Shown one piece after another: positions 38,961-45,089 of a DNA stretch of 45,089 nt. The first letter of the stretch is position 1. The number at the start of each line of letters is the position of its first letter. The notes under the pieces were generated by a model that saw nothing but the letters and a program-made list of their open reading frames with translations, was not told the DNA's origin and searched no databases. The DNA comes from a virus. Made by a program: the position numbers and the translations under genes. The stretch spans positions 1 to 45,089 of IMG/VR virus record IMGVR_UViG_3300027858_000001; one strand, given 5' to 3'.

Positions 38961-40654
38961 TATCTCGCCTGGTTGTAAACGCTAAGAATATTTTCCGCTG
39001 ACACTTCTCGGTTATTGGCCTCTAACGCACCGATAACTTGCTCCATTGCATCTAGCGGAATACCTTCAAGCACTGAGAGATTTGCGCCGGTAATGGGCAC
39101 CCCTGCCGACGATAACACCTGTGCCGTCATGTCGATATCTACTATGTCCAAGTCGGTGAGATCGCGGGTGCTGTCAAATATGAACCCGCTTTTAACCCAT
39201 TCACCTGCTATACCCTGAACCACCGCAGTGTACTCAGCGGTTGTGAGGTTAACGCCGCCTTTCGCTTCCGATTGGGCAGCCACCTCGGTATCGATCAACG
39301 AATAAAACTGACTGACCCTCTTCTGGGTGTTCGTGTCCCATTTAGACTTCTTACCGAACAACTGTTGCGCTGCGAGGTTGGTCTCACTGGCGCGGGTTCT
39401 ACCGGTAGCACTTTCAAGCCTGTCAACATCGGACCCGCCTTCGCGAGCTACCATTATCTTCTTAACGAGTTTGTCGTAGTCAGGCTTAGCCAGCTGATCA
39501 GCGTACTGTGCCGGGTCCATATCTTTCAAAAGATTACTGTCATCAGGTGCCATCATCAGTTCGCCGAATAACACCTTATCCGTGACTACCGGCTTACCTT
39601 TGATCAGCGATGCCTTTTGAACTGCCGATAGCCGCTCCCACCCTTCAGGGTCTTGAGCCTGGAACGTTGTTGCGGTATTGCCGGGTAATAGTACATGGTC
39701 CTGAGCCTCGTGGTACGCGTCCACCTGCGCCTCGCTCTCAGCCCGCCTTGCCAGGCTGAACCTCGACATCGCTTCTCCCATAACTTTTTTCTGAACATCG
39801 ACATCCTTAATCTTCTCGACCTCAGCTATGATGTCCTCACGACTGTCAAAGTTACGCACCAACCGTTGGCCTTCTGTGACCGCGTACATGGCATCGCGCT
39901 GAGTCTTCTCGGTGCGGGTCTTGGTCTCGATCCGCTTGGTGAGGTTGATCTTATCAGGACCCTCCAGATACTTACCGAGGGTGTCCATCGACTTTCGCCC
40001 ATCAGCAGCACTGTTCGCCGTGGCAGCGGTGATGGCTGCATCCGCTACCGACGCATCGAACGTCTGCAGCTTCTCTGCGAGTGCTTCAGCGCTGATCCCC
40101 GATAACTTCGCTGCGTCCGCTATAGCAAGCCGACCGATCTCACGCTGTTCGGTCAACGCCTTTGGTTGGTTCCAGTACAGTGATGAAGTCTCGACCGCGT
40201 TCTCTACCTGCGCTCCCAGGGTGGACAGCTCCCACACTTGAGCGCCCTTACTCGCGTGACGCGCGATGTCTGAGGTGCCACGGGTAACATGATTGTCCGC
40301 TATCTTGCTGAACATCTGGCGCGCGCGGTCGGACTCGATCGACCCTTCATACTTTTTCTGCAGGTCCTGCAGCGCCTTACCCGCAGCCTCGCCCCCTTCA
40401 AAGGCGTTCTGACCTTGAGTGTTGAAGTACCCGTTATCGGCGTTAAAGAACAAATCGTTCTTCTCGCGCTCGAACTGTACCAGTGTATCCTCGGCGACAG
40501 TGGTATCGACCCGCTGTCCCATCGCATTGAGCGCCCCCGCCAACCGAGTAACCCCCACACCTATTGAGGGGGACGCGGGCCCGGCCGTGGCGCGGGGTTG
40601 CCGAACAACCTGTGACCCGACCTGTGACTGACCGTATTGAGCAATTTTTGGCAT
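38960..40654 (-). CDS. Internal virion protein (564 aa)
   Basis: Start placed at ATG 40654 (MPKIAQYGQSQV), 1 nt after the upstream TAA. The longer ORF would overlap the upstream gene. Lies between a small hydrophobic core protein and the giant protein. Confidence 0.5.
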   Translation of the reverse strand: MPKIAQYGQSQVGSQVVRQPRATAGPASPSIGVGVTRLAGALNAMGQRVDTTVAEDTLVQFEREKNDLFFNADNGYFNTQGQNAFEGGEAAGKALQDLQKKYEGSIESDRARQMFSKIADNHVTRGTSDIARHASKGAQVWELSTLGAQVENAVETSSLYWNQPKALTEQREIGRLAIADAAKLSGISAEALAEKLQTFDASVADAAITAATANSAADGRKSMDTLGKYLEGPDKINLTKRIETKTRTEKTQRDAMYAVTEGQRLVRNFDSREDIIAEVEKIKDVDVQKKVMGEAMSRFSLARRAESEAQVDAYHEAQDHVLLPGNTATTFQAQDPEGWERLSAVQKASLIKGKPVVTDKVLFGELMMAPDDSNLLKDMDPAQYADQLAKPDYDKLVKKIMVAREGGSDVDRLESATGRTRASETNLAAQQLFGKKSKWDTNTQKRVSQFYSLIDTEVAAQSEAKGGVNLTTAEYTAVVQGIAGEWVKSGFIFDSTRDLTDLDIVDIDMTAQVLSSAGVPITGANLSVLEGIPLDAMEQVIGALEANNREVSAENILSVYNQAR

Positions 40655-40655
40655 A

Positions 40656-41246
40656 TTAAAATCCGCGTTGTTGTTCTTTCGGAACAGAGCTTCCCAGCCC
40701 CCCGGTTGTGACCGCTGCACTCTCCGGGGTAAACCATTTATCTGCCACTCCGGTGTTCGCGAGATCCGCCGCACCACCGAAAAGGGTATTGGTCGCTCTG
40801 AGGGTGCTATCACTTCGTGCGTTGTCCCCCTGACTACGGGTCAAACGCGCCTCACTCTGTGAAGCATTGAACTGCTGATCACCGGTATCACGGATACGCA
40901 ACGCATCCACTTCGCCCAGCTCGATGGTATCGGTCTGCAACTGTAACGCTGACCCAGAGTTTAGAGAGACTCCCGACGCTCCCAGCTGTGCTGTCTGTTT
41001 AGCCAGTAGCTCTGCTGTGATCCGTCGCCGCTTACCTTCTTCCTCGGTTGCCGCGTTACGGGTCCGCTGAGCTTCGTCCTCAGCCAGTCGAGCGTTATAT
41101 TTCGCTACGCCTTCCTGATATTTTCCTTCCTGTACTTGCTGGTATGCTGTGCCTACTGCAGCCGCTGCTGCAATGTAAGGTGATGCGGTCGATATGGCGC
41201 TACCTACATACCCCGCCCCGGCTGCTAGTGCTGCGTACCCACACAT
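40656..41246 (-). CDS. Internal virion protein with a hydrophobic Gly/Ala-rich N-terminus (196 aa)
   Basis: CAGGAG RBS. Begins MCGYAALAAGAGYVGSAISTASPYIAAAAAVGTAY, followed by a charged helical region. Confidence 0.45.
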   Translation of the reverse strand: MCGYAALAAGAGYVGSAISTASPYIAAAAAVGTAYQQVQEGKYQEGVAKYNARLAEDEAQRTRNAATEEEGKRRRITAELLAKQTAQLGASGVSLNSGSALQLQTDTIELGEVDALRIRDTGDQQFNASQSEARLTRSQGDNARSDSTLRATNTLFGGAADLANTGVADKWFTPESAAVTTGGLGSSVPKEQQRGF

Positions 41247-41247
41247 A

Positions 41248-41709
41248 TCAATTACTCCTGTTCATGTGAAACTCATAAAACATCTCGCCGTTGACACCGA
41301 TGGGCATGGCCTCGCTAAAGGTGAACCCCAACCGGCGCAACCACCGGACGCTCGATGCGTTGTCTGCGTGAACGTGATTACTGATCCGTGGGCAAATATC
41401 TAACATCGCTTCGATCACTTTCGGTGTCACAGTCATCAGCTCCCGCCTTGCTTTGAACATGCCATTGGTAGTCAGCATCCACAGCGTTCCTTCCCCTATT
41501 AGAATATCACGTATACCTAACCCGTATATTCCCAGGGGGACCCCATCGCCACGCACCACCGTGAGGTAGTCCGACGAAACCATCCCGATATTCATCGCCT
41601 GAGAGGGTGTGTGGTTGTGAGACGCCATCACCTCGGCGGCATCTGCAGCACGCATATTCGCTGCTATGTAATCCGCGTCCGCTTGTGTGGGTTGACTGAA
41701 AGTGATCAT
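41248..41709 (-). CDS. GNAT-like internal-virion-protein-A-type protein (153 aa)
   Basis: ATGA overlap with the gp12-like gene. ...NASSVRWLRRLGFTF resembles the acetyltransferase-fold C-terminus. Sits in the position of T7 gp13 / phiKMV internal virion protein A. Confidence 0.4.
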   Translation of the reverse strand: MITFSQPTQADADYIAANMRAADAAEVMASHNHTPSQAMNIGMVSSDYLTVVRGDGVPLGIYGLGIRDILIGEGTLWMLTTNGMFKARRELMTVTPKVIEAMLDICPRISNHVHADNASSVRWLRRLGFTFSEAMPIGVNGEMFYEFHMNRSN

Positions 41710-44021
41710 CCGCCTACCGATATCACTGGAATCACCGACAGCACCGCCAACGGCAGTGGAGATCTCTGCTCGACCCGGACTCCTCCCCCTTTCGCCCACT
41801 GAGGGTCAATGAAAACTTCATCCTTCGCTGTTCGCAACATCACAGGAGCATAGTCATCAGAGTCGTATCGGGGCTTAATCTCCCTCATGGGAGCGGCGGA
41901 TCCGTCATCTTGAGTGGGGCCCACAAACCCTCCACGCGACTGCTCCGTTTCGATGGTCACCTTCGATACTGAGAGTGACTGAGCCTTCAGGGTGTCAGTG
42001 ACCGACCCCACATCCAGATCAAGCAGTTCCATCGCGGGAGTGTATTCAAGACCGACATGAACCCTTGACGCTGCGCGCGGTAGAGTAATGGCGCCCGCCG
42101 TTACCGTCAGCCCTGTCACCACGTTGCCGTTAGCCAGGACACCCACGTTCTCCCCCTCCAAGTGGCCCAGCCCTGACACGGAAGTAACCGCCTGTCTTGA
42201 CTTGCCGCCAGAGACGTACGCGGTAAACCCCGTACCATCGATATTGGCGTCGGTGAATTGGTCAGTCAGCTCATAAGCGTTAGCGCTCACGTTCACTAAT
42301 TTATATTGAGACATGTTCAGCTCAGTCATCCCAACAACATCACTGATATCAACCAAGTCACCTTCAGAGTAAGGGTGCCCGGTGTCAGTGATCACCACAG
42401 GAGAGGTCTGAGTCGCATTGCTGATCATGTTCGGCGAATCCAGCGTCAACCCTGAGTCAACGAAGAAGGCGTCCCATGCGTTGGTAGACTCACGCGGATC
42501 CAGTCGCTCGATGTACCTCACAGTGGTGCCACCGATCGTCCGCTTGATGATCACATACACCGCGTCACGGGACCCCTCAGTGATCACCGAGACATCTTCA
42601 AACTCACCATCGGTTGTGTGCTGATGCCATCCCCAGACCTGGTGTTCGCGCTTGTACGTCAGTCCTAACAACCGGCCATCATCGCGCACGCACCACAAAA
42701 TGCTATACGGCTCTGCTGCATAGGCCATTGAAATAATCTCGTGACCCTCGAACATGTGCTCTGACATTAACGACAGGTCATTACCGGTGTACTTATCTGA
42801 GCTGAATTCGTACCCCAGGTCACGGATACGCGCACCCTTCTCCTGTAAATACAAAGCGGTACTGTTGATCACCACAGGAGGCACCTTCGATGACCCGTTG
42901 TACGACTGGATCCTCACACCGATTGTGGAGGGTGTGAGTACATTGTCCTGACCCTCGGTCACCAACCACTCTCCACCTGATGTCAGCAGTATCAATGAGT
43001 CCAGCGATAAGAGGTGTCGGATCTCGTTCACTTGCTGGCCAACGATGGTGAAGGTCACCGCATCATCGTCTCTGGCAGGGACTGATCCCCTCATAGAATT
43101 GTAGTTATCCGTCTGAGAGGTGAACGTGGCCTGCGGTTCATTGGTTGTGTTCGCGAACACCTGCCGCTGCTGGTAGTAGTTCACCGTCGAGGGTTTATTA
43201 CCGACACCACTGAACGGCTGACGGTTCTCTGGTGGAGAGTCAGTCATCACGGGTGCGATGTTGAAATCAGTGAACGTCAGTGTCTTAGAGTCCCCTATCC
43301 ACCCATAAACGTTACTGGTTAGCGACGGTTCCTTGTAAACACGATAATGGTCCGCTGCCGCGACTGATGTCCATGTTAGCTGAGCGCCCCATGTAGTCGT
43401 CAATGATGTGGGTGCGATCGTGGCGACAAGTGACGGTAACGACTCTACCCCATCCGCGTCGACCGCGGTCACCACGTAATAATAGGTTTTATTGTAGGTG
43501 CCACCACCAGCTCCCACGCTAATTATCGATGAGATCGATGGCGCTGCCACCGTCGATGCATAGTTGATTGTGGTGAGCGTCCACGCGTCATCCGCTGATC
43601 TACTCAGATTAGTTGGATCATGTTCTGGATGTACGATGGTCATCACATCCGCTGACTGGGTAAAGTTCAGGTCACGCAGTTGTGCTTCAGTGTACGGTGT
43701 GACCAGTGAGAATATCGTAGGTCCCCCACCTGCGAGCACTAACCCGCCGTCCTTCACGACACGCATTTTCAGGTGCTCAAAAACCAGCATGTAAGTCTGT
43801 TCAGTGTTGAAACTGAACGGGATTAACCGGGCCTCTTTGGTGGAGTCGTCCAGCTCTGCAACGAACCGGAACCCTGGCCGTGAGTAAACACCCCCTTGTG
43901 CCCTGATGAAGAAGTTCTCACACAGCGCGAGTCCAGTCGCGTACTTGGTGAGATCCGCCCGCGACCGTAATGCTGGCGCAATCTCTCCTGATGTGAAACT
44001 GCGTTGAATGGTCTGGGGCAT
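41706..44021 (-). CDS. Tail tubular protein B / nozzle (T7 gp12-like by position, 771 aa)
   Basis: AAGGAGA RBS. Size and position directly after the gp11-like gene. The N-terminus is FTSGEIAPALRSRADLTKY...GGVYSRPGF. Confidence 0.6.
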   Translation of the reverse strand: MPQTIQRSFTSGEIAPALRSRADLTKYATGLALCENFFIRAQGGVYSRPGFRFVAELDDSTKEARLIPFSFNTEQTYMLVFEHLKMRVVKDGGLVLAGGGPTIFSLVTPYTEAQLRDLNFTQSADVMTIVHPEHDPTNLSRSADDAWTLTTINYASTVAAPSISSIISVGAGGGTYNKTYYYVVTAVDADGVESLPSLVATIAPTSLTTTWGAQLTWTSVAAADHYRVYKEPSLTSNVYGWIGDSKTLTFTDFNIAPVMTDSPPENRQPFSGVGNKPSTVNYYQQRQVFANTTNEPQATFTSQTDNYNSMRGSVPARDDDAVTFTIVGQQVNEIRHLLSLDSLILLTSGGEWLVTEGQDNVLTPSTIGVRIQSYNGSSKVPPVVINSTALYLQEKGARIRDLGYEFSSDKYTGNDLSLMSEHMFEGHEIISMAYAAEPYSILWCVRDDGRLLGLTYKREHQVWGWHQHTTDGEFEDVSVITEGSRDAVYVIIKRTIGGTTVRYIERLDPRESTNAWDAFFVDSGLTLDSPNMISNATQTSPVVITDTGHPYSEGDLVDISDVVGMTELNMSQYKLVNVSANAYELTDQFTDANIDGTGFTAYVSGGKSRQAVTSVSGLGHLEGENVGVLANGNVVTGLTVTAGAITLPRAASRVHVGLEYTPAMELLDLDVGSVTDTLKAQSLSVSKVTIETEQSRGGFVGPTQDDGSAAPMREIKPRYDSDDYAPVMLRTAKDEVFIDPQWAKGGGVRVEQRSPLPLAVLSVIPVISVGG

Positions 44022-44024
44022 TAC

Positions 44025-44669
44025 TTATCTCCTTGCGTTTACGTACTCGCTGTTCTCTTGCGTCGCATATTGTTCATTGGCGTCTTGCGCCTCCGCGCTA
44101 GCGAGGTACTGCTGGTACAGTGTATATGAATCGTTTCGCAGGGATCTGCCTGCTTCTGACCCCACAATGGGTATCGCTATCTCAGCCGCCAACAGGTGTG
44201 ATAGCGCGATAATAAATGTGGGAGAGAACAGATTGGTATCGGTAGCCTCCACCGCGTAATCGATACGTAGATCTGTGTCGTTACTACCGATAACCTTATT
44301 GCCGTCGATGTTGAGGATCTCATAGGGGATCTGCACACGAAGCTCCCCCGGGGTAACGTACAGATCCTCGCGGTAGCTACGCGTAAATGACGTATCAATC
44401 AGGGTTATTTCTTCCTGTTCCCCCACCAACCGATGAATCTTCATGCAGTCCGATGGGTACTGATACGCGTATCCCCAATTGAATATCTCATCGGTTAGTA
44501 GTGCTAACGGCTTGATCGAGCGAGCGAACTGCCATGTGCCCGTTTGCAGCAGCATGTCCCGCATCAACGGGTATCTCAGCTTGCACGTCTGTGCCTGCAC
44601 GCTCGATTCATCCAGCGAGTTTATGCTCCCAGCCCTGATGTTGCCCAGCGCCAGGTTGCATATCTCCAC
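44025..44669 (-). CDS. Tail tubular protein A / adaptor (T7 gp11-like, 214 aa)
   Basis: The N-terminus ICNLALGNIRAGSINSLDESSVQAQTCKLRY...TGTWQFA parallels the gp11 N-terminal motif (NDILASIGEPPVSTLE...GWTF). GTG start. Confidence 0.55.
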   Translation of the reverse strand: MEICNLALGNIRAGSINSLDESSVQAQTCKLRYPLMRDMLLQTGTWQFARSIKPLALLTDEIFNWGYAYQYPSDCMKIHRLVGEQEEITLIDTSFTRSYREDLYVTPGELRVQIPYEILNIDGNKVIGSNDTDLRIDYAVEATDTNLFSPTFIIALSHLLAAEIAIPIVGSEAGRSLRNDSYTLYQQYLASAEAQDANEQYATQENSEYVNARR

Positions 44670-44677
44670 TACGGAAG

Positions 44678-44983
44678 CTATGACTCACCCCCACCGTAGA
44701 GCACGGTAGCTGCGTCAGATTTCTCCATCAGCTCAACATCTATCTCGGTCAGCTGAATAGTCATGGAAGCGTTCTCCCCCATTTTAGCGTCCTTAGATTG
44801 CCGGACATTCTCGACAAACGCTACCGCGCGGACCTCAACCACGCTACCCACTTGCATCCCATCGGTGTTCAACGCGTTCAATAGCTCATCTGAAAATGAC
44901 AGAGACGTGCCATAGGGGTACCCCTCATCGTTATTAGCCAGAGTCTCCTGTGAAGGGGTTTCCAGCTTAATCTTAGTGAGCAC
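44678..44983 (-). CDS. Hypothetical late protein (101 aa)
   Basis: GTG start 4 nt after the TAA of the wrap-around ORF. No ATG occurs until codon 42. Confidence 0.45.
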   Translation of the reverse strand: MLTKIKLETPSQETLANNDEGYPYGTSLSFSDELLNALNTDGMQVGSVVEVRAVAFVENVRQSKDAKMGENASMTIQLTEIDVELMEKSDAATVLYGGGES

Positions 44984-44990
44984 CGGATTA

Positions 44991-45089
44991 CACCGATTCT
45001 ACGTTTTTATTGCCAAGGAAACTGACACCATCAATATCCTTCTTGTTCTCGGCAACTTCATCGATGTCCTTCTTCAACGCGGTGACCCG
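44991..45089. repeat. Terminal direct repeat, copy 2 (identical to 1-99)
   Basis: Exact 99-bp identity with the first 99 bases. Confidence 0.95.

Noticed and set aside
1-45089. Temperate lifestyle, T7-type RNA polymerase, tRNA genes
   Set aside because: There is no integrase, repressor or excisionase-type ORF, and no single-subunit RNAP-sized ORF of about 800-900 aa with polymerase motifs. The intergenic gaps are too short or show no cloverleaf-like structure. The phage presumably uses host RNAP.

Overview
The window is a complete tailed dsDNA phage genome. Bases 1-99 recur exactly at 44991-45089, giving a unique length of 44,990 bp, and the junction falls inside a gene. The structural gene order is podovirus-like and resembles the T7 supergroup: terS, terL, portal, scaffold, major capsid, gp11-like, gp12-like, internal virion proteins, tail fibre. 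I found no phage RNA polymerase, integrase, repressor module, tRNA, CRISPR array or reverse transcriptase.

There are two transcription arms. A plus-strand early/replication arm runs 10219-24817. It holds many small ORFs, a prim-pol/SF3 helicase, a DUF2800 nuclease, a DUF2815 SSB-like protein, a DNA polymerase with family B motifs, VRR-NUC and an SNF2 helicase. A minus-strand late arm runs from about 9598 down to 1, wraps the contig ends, and continues from 44983 down to 24814. The arms diverge at a repeat-rich control region (9599-10218) and converge with overlapping stop codons at 24814-24817.

Most notable observations:
- Two related class 3 (Trp-Cys-Thr type) LAGLIDADG inteins are each inserted after the Walker A lysine, one in TerL and one in the SNF2 helicase.
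- A 2663-aa internal virion protein takes about 18% of the genome. It has ART-like, HExxH and Gly-zipper segments, consistent with a polyvalent protein.
- Five unannotated ORFs, translationally coupled to one another, sit between terL and the portal gene. At least three are paralogous beta-rich proteins.
- An early gene encodes 18 uninterrupted hexapeptide repeats and is followed by a truncated paralogue. The genes in this block are joined by a conserved junction, TAGGAGAYACCACYATG, in which the stop codon lies inside the Shine-Dalgarno sequence.
- A 13-codon upstream ORF is coupled to the primase gene.

All functional calls rest on motif recognition by eye and on gene order. No database search was possible.
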